From assembly GCA_963665275.2 (NCBI GenBank), contig CAXXIN010000001.1:1-64000 (forward strand): a stretch of 64,000 nucleotides of DNA, read 5' to 3'. Positions 1 to 10,288 of this stretch are shown in pieces. The notes under the pieces are model-generated. The model was not told where the DNA came from. It searched no databases and saw nothing but the letters and a program-made list of their open reading frames with translations. The translations under genes and the position numbers were made by a program. Position 1 is the stretch's first letter; every line of letters begins with the position of its first letter. Source of the DNA: Negativicutes bacterium. Lineage in GTDB: Bacteria > Bacillota > Negativicutes > UBA1444.

Positions 1-337
1 GTGGGCTACGATCGCTGACTTTGGTGTGGCGGCTCTGCTGAATATGTTCTTTATCTACCGCTTTATCGGCTTTGCCCTGGATGTCAAAGATACATTGAAA
101 ACAGCGACGGCAGCGGCTGTGATGGGAGTCATCTGTCTCGGCCTTTATGAATTGCTGTTCGCGCATGGGCTGGGGAATACGCTGTCGACGTTGACAGCCA
201 TTACGGTCGGTGGCGGCGTATATGCCGTTCTGCTGCTGCTGCTCGGCAGTATCGGGGAACGCGAATTGCTGAAGCTGCCGGCTGTCGGCAGACCGGCGGT
301 AGACTTTCTGAATAAAATTCATTTGTTGAGGCGATAA
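1..337 (+). CDS. 3' end of SpoVB/MurJ-family (YabM-like) polysaccharide/lipid II flippase, truncated by window edge
   Basis: Hydrophobic multi-TM C-terminus ending ...ERELLKLPAVG...; sits directly upstream of yabN/mazG as in the conserved Firmicute yabM-yabN order. Confidence 0.7.
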   Translation, partial: WATIADFGVAALLNMFFIYRFIGFALDVKDTLKTATAAAVMGVICLGLYELLFAHGLGNTLSTLTAITVGGGVYAVLLLLLGSIGERELLKLPAVGRPAVDFLNKIHLLRR

Positions 338-340
338 ATT

Positions 341-1798
341 ATGGGAAGTATTACAATTGTCGGCTTGGGGCCGGGCCCTTTCGGCTGCATCAGTCTGGAA
401 ACCTGGGATATTTTGCGTCAGGCGCCGCTATTGCTGCTGCGTACAGCCATTCATCCAACGGTGGAGGAACTGCTGGCGCGGGGCATCGTCTTTGAAAGCT
501 ATGATTCATTCTACGAACAGGGCGCGGATTTTGATTCCATCTATGCGGCGATCGCCGCCGATGTGCTGGAACGGGCGCAGCAAGGCCTGGATGTTGTTTT
601 CGCCGTGCCGGGAAGTCCGGTTGTCGCTGAAAAAACGGTGGGCCTGATTCGCAGCAGCGCGAAGGAACTGCAGGTGCCTCTCAGGGTGCTGCCGGGGATG
701 AGCTTTTTTGAACTGTTGTGCAATCGTCTGGGAATCGACCCTCAACAGGGAATAACGATCGTAGATGCGCAGGAGGTCGAAACGCTGCCGGCGAGCCTGT
801 CTACAGGACTGGTTGTTACACAGGTCTTCAGCCCCTATATCGCGTCCGAGCTGAAACTGAGCCTGATGGAACGGCTGCAGGATGAAGCTCCGGTAACGGT
901 AGCGAGGCATCTCGGGTTGCCGGATGAATCGGTGGAAAGCATACCCTTGTTTGAACTTGACCGGCAAGCTGGATTTGATCACTTGACCAGCGTATACGTG
1001 CCCCCGTGCTCACCGCTGCAGGAGACTTTCTCGCTGGGTCCGCTGGTGGAGGTCATGGCTCGGTTGCGTTCGCCGGAAGGCTGCCCGTGGGATAACGAAC
1101 AGACCCATTCTACGCTGCGTCGATACATCATCGAAGAAGTCTATGAAGTGTTGGAAGCGATTGACGAAAAGGATCCGGCGCACTTGTGCGAGGAACTAGG
1201 CGACCTGTTGCTGCAGATTGTGTTTCACGCCCGGATGGCCGAAGAAAGCGGCGACTTCAGCGTTCAGGACGTCGTGGACACCGTGACGGAAAAGTTGATT
1301 CGTCGACATCCGCATGTGTTCGGCGATATTTCTGTCCAAGATGCCGCCGAGGTCATCGTGAACTGGGATGCGATCAAGCGGCGGGAAAAGGCAGCCAAAC
1401 CGCAGTCTGCGCTGGACGGCGTGCCCAAAGGGCTGCCGGCGCTGCTGCGGGCCAATAAACTGCAACTGAAGGCGGCAAAAGTCGGATTCGACTGGGACGA
1501 TGTCGCGCCGGTATGGGCGAAGGTGGCGGAAGAACTGGGTGAACTACGAGAGGCGGCAGAGCTAGGCGATACGGCGAAAATTGAAGATGAGCTGGGCGAT
1601 GTTATTTTCGCTGCGGTCAACCTCGGCAGATTTTTGGGCGTCGAAGCGGAAGTAGCCCTAAACGGGACCAACAATAAGTTTGTCCGGCGCTTTCAGCAGG
1701 TCGAGGCCGCCATTCGGACGAAAGGCCTGAAATGGAAAGACCTCGATTTGGCGGCGATGGATGTGCTGTGGGAAGCCGCCAAGGCGACTGAACGCTGA
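341..1798 (+). CDS. mazG: YabN-type tetrapyrrole methylase-like / MazG nucleoside triphosphate pyrophosphohydrolase fusion
   Basis: N-terminal IVGLGPG methylase-like domain; MazG motifs RLRSPEGCPWD, EEVYEV, EELGDLLLQIVFH, KLIRRHPHVF. Confidence 0.93.
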   Translation: MGSITIVGLGPGPFGCISLETWDILRQAPLLLLRTAIHPTVEELLARGIVFESYDSFYEQGADFDSIYAAIAADVLERAQQGLDVVFAVPGSPVVAEKTVGLIRSSAKELQVPLRVLPGMSFFELLCNRLGIDPQQGITIVDAQEVETLPASLSTGLVVTQVFSPYIASELKLSLMERLQDEAPVTVARHLGLPDESVESIPLFELDRQAGFDHLTSVYVPPCSPLQETFSLGPLVEVMARLRSPEGCPWDNEQTHSTLRRYIIEEVYEVLEAIDEKDPAHLCEELGDLLLQIVFHARMAEESGDFSVQDVVDTVTEKLIRRHPHVFGDISVQDAAEVIVNWDAIKRREKAAKPQSALDGVPKGLPALLRANKLQLKAAKVGFDWDDVAPVWAKVAEELGELREAAELGDTAKIEDELGDVIFAAVNLGRFLGVEAEVALNGTNNKFVRRFQQVEAAIRTKGLKWKDLDLAAMDVLWEAAKATER

Positions 1799-1846
1799 AG
1801 CGGCGAACGATGAAGTCTGTTTGCATATCATGAGAAGGGGGAAACG

Positions 1847-2551
1847 TTGATGAAGAAGCCTTTTTCAGTTGGCTCTTTGTGTACAATCAGTTTGAGAACC
1901 CTGATCCTGTTATTATTGTGGCTTTGCCCAACCCAGATTGCTTTTGCGACAGCTGTTCCAGATGCAACAACTTTTATTCCCAAACCGGGACTGCGGATTT
2001 TCGTGACCGGGATTTTGGGGAGCGACGGGACGCGCTTTGAAAAAACACTGGTCACTGCGAAACTGGATGACGAGTCATTCGTGACCGAAGCCGAAGCTGA
2101 GTTGACTTATATCGAATATAACAAATCACCGCAACAGGTACCGGAAGCACGTGCAGTCTGGCGTTACGCCGCGGTAGAGAACGGGATTGCCAAAGATCCG
2201 ATCCTTAATCAAAGAGGCTACAAAAAATATTTCTGGCTGCCCAATAATGTTCCGATAGGAACGCAATGGAAAGCTTCCTGGGGAAACAAGCGCGAAATCA
2301 TGGAAAATGATGTGACAGTAGAAACACCCGCCGGGCGTTTTGAGGGGTGCATCATGGTGGAATATGATGTTTACGCTGGTGGCACGGGCATTGAGAGGCA
2401 TTATATCGCTCCAGGTGTCGGATTGGTGAAAATTGTTTCCTTAAAAGGACCGAAAGCGGCCAAGGGAACTACATGGTATGAAGTGCAACGCATCGAAACG
2501 GTTCCCGAGGAAGAGACTCGCCGCATTGTTGGGCAGATGCTGGGGCTATAG
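1847..2551 (+). CDS. Secreted hypothetical protein (DUF3108/TapB-like beta fold possible)
   Basis: Signal-peptide-like N-terminus; VTVETPAGRFEGC...YIAPGVGLVK motif common in secreted beta-rich proteins. Confidence 0.55.
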   Translation: MMKKPFSVGSLCTISLRTLILLLLWLCPTQIAFATAVPDATTFIPKPGLRIFVTGILGSDGTRFEKTLVTAKLDDESFVTEAEAELTYIEYNKSPQQVPEARAVWRYAAVENGIAKDPILNQRGYKKYFWLPNNVPIGTQWKASWGNKREIMENDVTVETPAGRFEGCIMVEYDVYAGGTGIERHYIAPGVGLVKIVSLKGPKAAKGTTWYEVQRIETVPEEETRRIVGQMLGL

Positions 2552-2601
2552 AAAATTAATGATGAAAAAAGAGCGGATATGCGAAGTTTTGAGACTTCGC
2601 A

Positions 2602-2666
2602 TCAGACTGTAGACAAAAACGGCACTTTACGTTTCGCGTAAAATGCCGTTTTTGTCTACAGTCTGA
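2602..2666. repeat. 65-bp palindrome with perfect 23-bp arms (MITE-like, IS1182-like termini)
   Basis: TCAGACTGTAGACAAAAACGGCA (2602-2624) is the exact reverse complement of TGCCGTTTTTGTCTACAGTCTGA (2644-2666); inner stem TTTACG/CGTAAA. Confidence 0.7.
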
Positions 2667-2700
2667 CTTGACGGAACGTGGGTGCTCCGTCAAGTTTTTT
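2666..2700 (+). terminator. Intrinsic terminator-like hairpin
   Basis: ACTTGACGGA...TCCGTCAAGT followed by a T-tract. Confidence 0.6.
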
Positions 2701-2712
2701 GCGGGAAAGCAG

Positions 2713-4050
2713 GATAGCGTACAATAAAGTTCGCAAAAGAGAATAGGAAAAACCATCGGCAACTCCGAAAAGGTAAGTGTCCAGCAAACCAAGAAGGAGT
2801 GTAGCGCCGATGGTTTACCAAAATTCTACCGTACCTTTTGAAAAAATGCTAATGAAATTTGTGGCAGACGACGATCCCATGCAGGAAATGCTCAAGTGGC
2901 TCTGCGAACGACTCATGGCAGCCGAAGTGGACGGCAAGCTGGAAGCCCAAAAATCAGAGCGAACCCAAACTCGCCAGGGATATCGCTCAGGTTATCGAGT
3001 CAGGCGATTTGACACGCGAATGGGGACAATGTATCTGATGGTGCCCAAGATCCGAAATGGCGGGTATATCCCATTCTTCCTGGAAGCCAGAAAACGATCC
3101 GAAGCCGCTTTGATGAACGTCATTCAGGAAGCCTATGTAAACGGCGTATCGACACGGAAAATCGACAAACTCACCAAAAGTTTGGGGATCGACTCCATCT
3201 CCCGCAGTCAGGTTTCGGCCATCACCAAAGAATTAAATGAACAAGTTGAAGCCTTCCGCAATCGCCAGTTGGAAGAGATCTATCCGGTTCTATGGGTGGA
3301 TGCCTTGTATGAACGTATCCGCGATCACCATAGTGTTAAAAACATGGCGGTCCTGGTAGTTACAGGCATTAATTGCGACGGCAAACGCGATATCCTGGCG
3401 ATTGAACCGATGGTTGAGGAATCCGCCGCCACGTATACCCAACTGTTCGACAATCTCAAAGCCCGGGGAGTAAAAAAGGTCTGGTTGGTTGTATCGGATG
3501 CGCATAAGGGGCTGGTCAAAGCCGTGAGGGAATCCTTCGTTGGTTGCGCCTGGCAACGCTGCAAAGTCCATTTCATGCGAAATATCTTGGCCCATATATC
3601 CAGCCGGGAAAAGAAAACCTTTGCGGAAAAACTCAAGCAAATCTGGCTCCAGCCTGACTATGACAGCGCCAAAAAATATGCGGCGTCTCTGATGGACGAT
3701 TATGAAACAAGATATCCGGAAGCGATTGCCACACTGGAAGACGGTCTGGAAGAATCGCTGCAGTTTTTCAGTTTCAATGAAATCGACTCGCGAAAAATCT
3801 CATCCACTAATCTGTTGGAACGGCTAAACAAGGAAATCCGGCGTCGAACAAAGGTGGTCGGTATCTTCCCGAGTATGGATTCCTATGTTCGCCTAGTAAC
3901 CAGTTACTTGATTGAATACAGCGAGGATTGGTCTAGCGGGCGATCTTATATTCATCCCATGATCATTACAGAGATCCAGCAAAAACTCGATGCGGCTGCT
4001 TAACCAAGCTGGAGTGCCGATGGTTTTTGCGAACATTATTTGACACTATC
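2713..4050 (+). mobile_element. IS256-family insertion sequence, 1338 bp, with 8-bp target-site duplication GAAAGCAG
   Basis: IRL GATAGCGTACAATAAAGTTCGCAAAA (2713-2738) vs IRR reverse complement GATAGTGTCAAATAATGTTCGCAAAA (4025-4050), 22/26 match; GAAAGCAG at 2705-2712 and 4051-4058. Confidence 0.95.
2810..4003 (+). CDS. IS256-family DDE transposase
   Basis: GYRSGYRVR, GVSTRKI, LWVDA, VSDAHKGL, WQRCKVHFMRN, STNLLERLNKEIRRRT motifs; ATG 2810 follows an AAGGAG RBS. Confidence 0.95.
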   Translation: MVYQNSTVPFEKMLMKFVADDDPMQEMLKWLCERLMAAEVDGKLEAQKSERTQTRQGYRSGYRVRRFDTRMGTMYLMVPKIRNGGYIPFFLEARKRSEAALMNVIQEAYVNGVSTRKIDKLTKSLGIDSISRSQVSAITKELNEQVEAFRNRQLEEIYPVLWVDALYERIRDHHSVKNMAVLVVTGINCDGKRDILAIEPMVEESAATYTQLFDNLKARGVKKVWLVVSDAHKGLVKAVRESFVGCAWQRCKVHFMRNILAHISSREKKTFAEKLKQIWLQPDYDSAKKYAASLMDDYETRYPEAIATLEDGLEESLQFFSFNEIDSRKISSTNLLERLNKEIRRRTKVVGIFPSMDSYVRLVTSYLIEYSEDWSSGRSYIHPMIITEIQQKLDAAA

Positions 4051-4120
4051 GAAAGCAGGAATTTTGCTTTAGTTGGGAAAATAGTATAGAAGCCAATCAT
4101 GAAATTTGCAGGAGGGGCCG

Positions 4121-4813
4121 ATGGGGAAAATATTGATCGTCGAAGATGAAGAAAACATCAGACAACTGGTGCGCTACAATCTCGAAAAGGAAGGATTCCA
4201 AGTTGTTGAAGCGCCTGATGGGCTACAGGGTCTAAAGATGGTTAAACTTGAGAAACCCGATCTGGTATTGCTTGATCTGATGATACCGGCTATTGATGGC
4301 TTGGAAGTCTGCAGGACACTGAAGGGCAATCCCAACACCGCTGCGTTGCCGATCATTATGCTGACGGCAAGAAGCGAGGAAATCGATAAAGTGATCGGGC
4401 TGGAACTCGGCGCTGATGACTACATGACCAAACCCTTCAGCCCCCGGGAATTGGTCGCCAGAGTGAAAGCCGTGCTGCGGCGGAGCCAGAAGGATACGAC
4501 GTTGCCGGGCGAACTCTCGGTCGGCAAACTACGGTTCCATTTTTCCCGCTATGAGGTACACCTGGGGAGTGCCAAGCTTGAACTGACGCCCAAAGAATAT
4601 GAACTGCTCAAAATGCTGGCAACCAACCTCGGGAAAGTTTTCACCCGCGAGCAACTGCTTGAGAAAGTCTGGGGCTATGAATATTTTGGCGATTCCCGGA
4701 CTGTCGATGTGCACGTCCGTCATTTGCGGGCCAAGCTGGAGTTCGATCCCGAAACGGCCGAAGCGATTGAGACCGTGCGAGGCTTTGGGTACCGCCTGCG
4801 CGAGATGAATTAG
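4121..4813 (+). CDS. phoP: OmpR-family response regulator, probably PhoP/PhoB
   Basis: REC (ILIVEDE...LLDLM...GADDYMTKPFS) plus winged helix (SRTVDVHVRHLR); phoR, pstB, phoU and Pho boxes nearby. Confidence 0.8.
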   Translation: MGKILIVEDEENIRQLVRYNLEKEGFQVVEAPDGLQGLKMVKLEKPDLVLLDLMIPAIDGLEVCRTLKGNPNTAALPIIMLTARSEEIDKVIGLELGADDYMTKPFSPRELVARVKAVLRRSQKDTTLPGELSVGKLRFHFSRYEVHLGSAKLELTPKEYELLKMLATNLGKVFTREQLLEKVWGYEYFGDSRTVDVHVRHLRAKLEFDPETAEAIETVRGFGYRLREMN

Positions 4814-4948
4814 CACAAAGATAAATCAAATATAATAGAATGATGTTTTCACACGTTGCTGTGCGCCGTCAATGACTCTGTTAGCAGAAATTGACGGTCT
4901 TTTTGTCGTTCACGCATTGCCGGATATTTCTCAGTATGGTTCACACTA

Positions 4949-5632
4949 TCACCGTCCCATAAGGCGATACCCAATTCCGGATTCCGTAATGATATATCGC
5001 GGTTGCGCAGGATCTTTTTCAATCTTTCGCCGCAGTTGTCCGACATAAACACGAATATAGTGGGTGTCATCATAGGCATTACCCCAGACTGCTTGCAACA
5101 GTTGTTTATGCGTCAATACCCGACCCGCATTCTGGGCCAATAGCTTAATGATTTCATATTCGGTTGGAGTCAGCTTTACTTCCAGTCCATCTACGGTCAC
5201 ACGCCGCTGAATTAAATCTACAGTGAGTCCCCCGCAGGTCAGTACCGGTTCGCTCTCATCTGCGGCCATCCGTCGTAAGCAGACTCGTATTCTTGCCAGA
5301 AGTTCTCCCATGCTGAAGGGTTTCGTTATATAGTCATCGGCGCCGGCATCCAGAGCGTCAATTTTTTCCTGCTCCTGATCGTGAGCCGTTAAGATAATGA
5401 TTGGAGCATTGGACCATTCCCTGATTTCACGGATAACCTCCTTACCATCAATATCCGGTAGCCCAAGATCAATAATCATTAAATCCGGCTTGAAATAAGC
5501 AGCCTGATTCACTCCTTCCTTTCCGGACGCCGCCTCTTCAATCACAAATCCATGGGCTTTCAATGACACATTCAGCAATTTGCGAATTTGTGATTCATCA
5601 TCGACAATTAAAATTCTAGCCGCGTTTTCCAC
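4949..5632 (-). CDS. kdpE: KdpE response regulator
   Basis: DLGLPDIDG, IREWS, YIRVYVGQLRRKIEKDPAQPRYIITESGIGYR; directly downstream of kdpD. Confidence 0.9.
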   Translation of the reverse strand: MENAARILIVDDESQIRKLLNVSLKAHGFVIEEAASGKEGVNQAAYFKPDLMIIDLGLPDIDGKEVIREIREWSNAPIIILTAHDQEQEKIDALDAGADDYITKPFSMGELLARIRVCLRRMAADESEPVLTCGGLTVDLIQRRVTVDGLEVKLTPTEYEIIKLLAQNAGRVLTHKQLLQAVWGNAYDDTHYIRVYVGQLRRKIEKDPAQPRYIITESGIGYRLMGR

Positions 5633-5635
5633 GTG

Positions 5636-8365
5636 TCAGTCACCTACTTTCGCCGGAATTGTCACACCGTCTCCCCGGATTGGCACGATGAAGCTTATGG
5701 CGGCGCCTCCGCCGGGGCGGTTCTCCGCCCATATTTGTCCGTGATGCGCTTCTATGATGGTCTTGTTTATCGATAGCCCAAGCCCGGTCCCGGAAATTTT
5801 CTGAGGGTGCTTCGCCCGATAGAACTTCTCAAAGATTTTGGATAAATCCTCTTTGGGGATTCCGGAGCCATTGTCCAGGACGGTTATCCTGATATTTTCC
5901 CCCATCCTGAACAGCGGTAATGATAATGGTACTCCCCATTGGTGAATATTTCATGGCGTTATCGACCAGATTAACCATCGCTTGCTCCAGAAGAACAAAA
6001 TCACCGCGAATCATGGGAAGGTCAGCCGACAATTTGGTTTTTATATTATATTTCAGGGTTGTTTCTCCGATGCGCCGCAGGGCTGCACCCACGATATCTT
6101 CAATGTCACACCAATCGTTCTTAAGCTGCAGCATACCATTTTCCATCCGGGCTGTGTCAAGCAGATTTACTACCACCCGTTCCATCCGCGTTGAGCCTTC
6201 CTGGATACTTTCCAACAAATCGCGACGAGTTTCATCACTATAAGCAACTCCAGTATCCAAAAGCATTGATGCCGCCCCAACGATTGTCGACAGTGGAGTG
6301 CGCAATTCGTGAGAAATGGAGTTGAACAGCGCGGTGCGCAATTTGTCGGCTTCCACCAGCAAAGCTGTTTGGCGGGTTTTTTCGGTTAATTTCACCCGTT
6401 CCACCGCAATCGCCGCAAATCCTACCCAGGCATTAATCAGCTGCCGCTCTTCGGGTGTCACGTTTTGCCTGTCAAGTTTTACGCCGAATATACCGACGAC
6501 ATTGGTCCCGGATTTCAGGGGAACATACAAGTAGTGCCCACCGGGTAAGGTATCGGTTGACCTGCCAACTACCTGCCCGTGCTGATACGACCAAACTGCC
6601 ACAGCATACTCTGCCTCTGAAACAAGCTGTTCCTTGTCGCTCACGCCATCAGCTTCATGATATCCTCTGACAAACAAGACATCCTGGGCATCCGGGAAAA
6701 GCACCCGGGTGGACCGGTTAAGGTTTTCGCCCATATGTTTGGCCAATTCCTGGGCAATTCGATCCAAATCGACAACGGCGGCTATTTCCCGGCTAAAATC
6801 GTAAAGAGTGCGGATGTTTTTCTCGCGCTGCCGGGCGGTTTTCGCCTCAGACCTGAGCAGTTCCGTCCTCCCACCGATAAAATAAGATATAACCAAGAAA
6901 ATAACGAAACTCCAAATGTAGTGAATATCATACACGGAAAAAGTGAATATGGGCGGAATGAATAGAAAATTGTAAATCAGGACGCTGAACAATGCAGTTA
7001 AGTATGAAGGCAACGTCCCCACCAAAGCGCTGTAAAAAATACCGGCAATAAGTATAACAAAGCGATATTGACAATTTCGAGCTGCCGTTGAAATGTCCAG
7101 CTAACGGCCGTCACGGCTGCCGCCATTCCCAGACCGCCGATGAATTGTCCCCAAGGCGCCGATTTGGCTTTGGGCAAGGCCGTATTGATGCCAGCGATAG
7201 TGTGGGTTTCGGCATCTTTTTCTTTGTCAACCTGAATAACATACACATTAATTCCGCCGCTGTTCCGTATCAGCGTATCCACGATCGATCCATGGAAAAA
7301 TTCCCACATTCGACTGTGGCGCGGTTTGCCTATAACAATGGCCGTAATATTGTGAGATCGGGCCACTTCCAACATCTCTGCAGCTAAATTGTCGCCAACG
7401 ACCGTGATCGTTCTCCCGCCTAGTTCTTCCGCGAGGCGCAAATTGCGGATTACCCGATCCCGCTCTTTATCACTCATGGGCAAGCGGCGTTTGGGAGATT
7501 CGATGTGCACAGCCAGCAACTCGGAATGCAAACCACCTGCCAGTCGATGCGCTGCCCGGATGAGTTGGGCGGAAAAGGGACTGTCACTGACGCAAACCAT
7601 GACTCTGCCTGAAGCAGGCCAGGGTCCATCAATTTTTTGCTGCTTCATGTATTCTGATAGATCCTGATCGACACGGTTGGCAGTAAACCGCAATGACAAC
7701 TCCCGAAGTGCGTTGAGGTTCCCTGGACGAAAAAATTTTCTTAATGCTTGCTCCGCCTGGTTCGAAATGTATACTTTACCTTCTTTTAACCGCTTGATAA
7801 GTTCCTCGGGGGGGATATCAATCAGTTGTAAACTATTGGCCTGTTCCAGAATATGATCCGGAACGGTTTCGCGGACAATCACTCCGGTAATTTTTGCCAC
7901 AACATCGTTTAGGCTCTCGATATGCTGGATATTAATGGTGGTATATACATCGATGCCATTTTGCAGCAGTTCCTCCACATCCTGAAATCGTCTGACATTT
8001 CGGGAACCGGGGATATTGGTGTGAGCCAGTTCGTCCACCAGCACAATATCGGGCTTTTGCCCAAGAATAGCGTCTACATCCATTTCTTGTAGAAGTTTGC
8101 CCCGGTAATTGATCGTTTTTGGGGAAATGCGCGGCAGGCCGTCAGCCAATTTTTCCGTTTCCGCCCGACCATGGGTTTCCACCCAGCCAATGACAATGTT
8201 TACTCCCTCAGCCAGTCTGTCCTGTGCAGCTTCCAACATGGTGTATGTCTTGCCGACACCGGCAGCGGCGCCCAGGAATACCGTCAGTTTACCGACTGAT
8301 TCTTGATTGATTTTCTGCAATAACTCATCTGGATTGGGCCGGCTGTCCTGCCGTTCTATTGCCAT
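5636..8365 (-). pseudogene. kdpD: KdpD sensor kinase split over three frames (two 1-bp indels; real pseudogene or assembly error)
   Basis: KdpD N-domain (GAAAGVGKTY, LVDELAHTN) and Usp domain in 6998-8365; TM/GAF/HisKA (SHELRTPL) in 5829-7025; HATPase end (GTGLGL) in 5636-5905. Breaks near 7010 (WWGR|PSY) and 5900 (G5 run). Confidence 0.85.
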
Positions 8366-8594
8366 TTAGATATCTCCTAACCCCAATTCCCTTCATAAAT
8401 GCGGATGTAAATGACCCTAATAATGTTTTCCACATATCCGCTCACTTCCCTTCAATGTCTCCATTCTTTATCATGCCAACCACCAAGACGCCTAAAGCAC
8501 GTAGGAATTGTGAAAACCAATCAACCAAGACAAGCTAGTTGCTGAAAGCAATCCGGTTGGAGCTTTGATAACATAGGCACGCGAACCGCAAGAA

Positions 8595-8648
8595 TTAACA
8601 CAATCTTAACAATCCGTTAACACGAACGTTCTGGGTGTGTGATATTCT
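8595..8648 (+). promoter_or_regulatory. Pho-box array plus extended -10 for pstB-phoU
   Basis: TTAACA at 8595, 8606, 8617 (11-bp period); TG-A-TATTCT with the hexamer at 8643. Confidence 0.85.
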
Positions 8649-8699
8649 TGAGTCATTATGACGGAGACGTTAAATATGCCCTGCGGGAGGCAAGACCGA

Positions 8700-9455
8700 A
8701 TGGAAAAAAAGATTCAAGTCAGTAAGTTGAAATTGTATTATGGCGAGCACCTGGCGCTGAACAAAGTGTCCATCGATGTGATGAAAAATAGCGTGTTGGC
8801 GCTTATCGGCCCCAGCGGCTGTGGAAAGTCCACCTTCCTCAAGACTCTGAACCGGATGAACGATCTCATTGATGGGGTACGCATCGAGGGAGAGGTGCTG
8901 CTCGATGGCGAAGACATTTTCGCGCCGGAAGTCGACGTGGTCAACCTGCGCAAGCGGGTGGGCATGGTGTTTCAGCGGCCCAACCCCTTTCCAATGTCGA
9001 TCTTTGACAACGTGGCGTACGGACCCCGTATTCATGGGCAGGCCGATAAAGCCAGGTTGAATGAACTGGTGGAACGGAGCCTGGCAGGAGCCGCGCTATG
9101 GGATGAGGTCAAGGATCGGCTCAAGAGTTCCGCGATGTCGTTGTCCGGCGGTCAGCAGCAACGTCTGTGCATCGCCCGACTGCTGGCGGTAGAACCGGAA
9201 GTGTTGCTCATGGATGAGCCCTGTTCGGCCCTTGATCCGATCTCGACGATGAAGATCGAAGAGTTGGTTACCGAACTGAAAAAAGAATACACGATCGTGA
9301 TGGTCACTCATAATATGCAACAGGCTGCCCGGGTATCAGATTCAACCGCGTTCTTTCTTATGGGGGAAATGGTGGAGCAGGATAAAACCGACACCGTCTT
9401 TACCCGTCCCCGGGATAAACGGACGGAAGACTATATTACCGGGCGCTTCGGTTAA
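8700..9455 (+). CDS. pstB: Phosphate ABC transporter ATP-binding protein
   Basis: [48 protein letters not shown]; GGAGG RBS before ATG 8700. Confidence 0.95.
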   Translation: MEKKIQVSKLKLYYGEHLALNKVSIDVMKNSVLALIGPSGCGKSTFLKTLNRMNDLIDGVRIEGEVLLDGEDIFAPEVDVVNLRKRVGMVFQRPNPFPMSIFDNVAYGPRIHGQADKARLNELVERSLAGAALWDEVKDRLKSSAMSLSGGQQQRLCIARLLAVEPEVLLMDEPCSALDPISTMKIEELVTELKKEYTIVMVTHNMQQAARVSDSTAFFLMGEMVEQDKTDTVFTRPRDKRTEDYITGRFG

Positions 9456-9467
9456 GGGGGAGCAGCG

Positions 9468-10127
9468 ATGACAATGATACGACATAACTTCGAGCAGGAA
9501 CTGGAAATGGTGCGGCAGGATCTGATACGCATGGGGCAGGTTGTGCGTGACGCTATTAAAGATGCAGTAACTGCCCTGGCCAAACGTGATAAAGCATTGG
9601 CGCAGCAAGTCATGGATGGCGATGACATCATCGACGCCATGCAGGTGGACATTGAAGATCGCTGCATAGCCCTGATTGCCCTTCAGCAACCGGTCGCTAC
9701 AGATCTGCGGATACTGGGAACGGGACTGAAAATCACGACAGATTTGGAGCGAATCGGCGATCATGCCTTTGATATCGCCAAGATCGTTCTTTTGATCGGT
9801 GATGAACCGCTAATTAAGCCGTTGGTGGATATCCCCCGCATGGCGGAGATGGCGCAGTCGATGCTCAATGATTCTCTACAGGCCTATCTGAATTTGGACA
9901 TTCAGCTGGCTGAAAAAGTTTGCCGGGATGATGATATGGTGGATCAACTTTACAACCAGGTGTTTCGCGAATTGCTGACCTATATGTTGGCCGATCCCCA
10001 AAAGATCAATCAGGCTACTCAGCTGATCTTTGTTGCGCGTTATCTGGAACGTATCGCCGACCATTCAACCAATGTTGCGGAATGGGTCATCTATCTGGTG
10101 ACAGGGGAGCGACTGCGTAAAAAATAA
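9468..10127 (+). CDS. phoU: Phosphate signalling protein PhoU
   Basis: QQPVATDLR, DLERIGDHA, YLERIADHSTN repeats. Confidence 0.95.
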   Translation: MTMIRHNFEQELEMVRQDLIRMGQVVRDAIKDAVTALAKRDKALAQQVMDGDDIIDAMQVDIEDRCIALIALQQPVATDLRILGTGLKITTDLERIGDHAFDIAKIVLLIGDEPLIKPLVDIPRMAEMAQSMLNDSLQAYLNLDIQLAEKVCRDDDMVDQLYNQVFRELLTYMLADPQKINQATQLIFVARYLERIADHSTNVAEWVIYLVTGERLRKK

Positions 10128-10146
10128 AACGAAGCGCGAAATATGA

Positions 10147-10207
10147 AAAAGCTGCGGTATCCTTGAAAATTGCGCATTGTGGGCGCAACCGGGGATCGCA
10201 GCTTTTT
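10147..10207. terminator. Likely bidirectional terminator between convergent phoU and phoR
   Basis: AAAAGCTGCG...CGCAGCTTTT inverted repeat. Confidence 0.5.
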
Positions 10208-10288
10208 CGTTTATCAGAAATCAAAGGTTTCAGTAATTAGAATGAACTCCGCTATTTTTACGATATCGGGTTGTCAGAGATTTGATCC

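Noticed and set aside
4040-4070. IS256 hybrid sigma-A promoter from the outward TTGACA
   Set aside because: At 16-18 nt spacing the candidate -10s are TTTTGC, TTTGCT and TTGCTT, all poor matches, so it is not called as a feature
5636-8365. Programmed frameshifting or natural split of kdpD
   Set aside because: The breaks fall mid-domain, lack slippery-site/stem signals that I could see, and similar indels hit unrelated neighbouring genes
8658-8699. Upstream starts given by the ORF track for pstB, EAL (12661), DeoR (38638), permease (37805) and YibE/F (44069)
   Set aside because: They overlap promoter elements or neighbouring genes; downstream starts have better RBSs or fit the predicted promoters and gene overlaps
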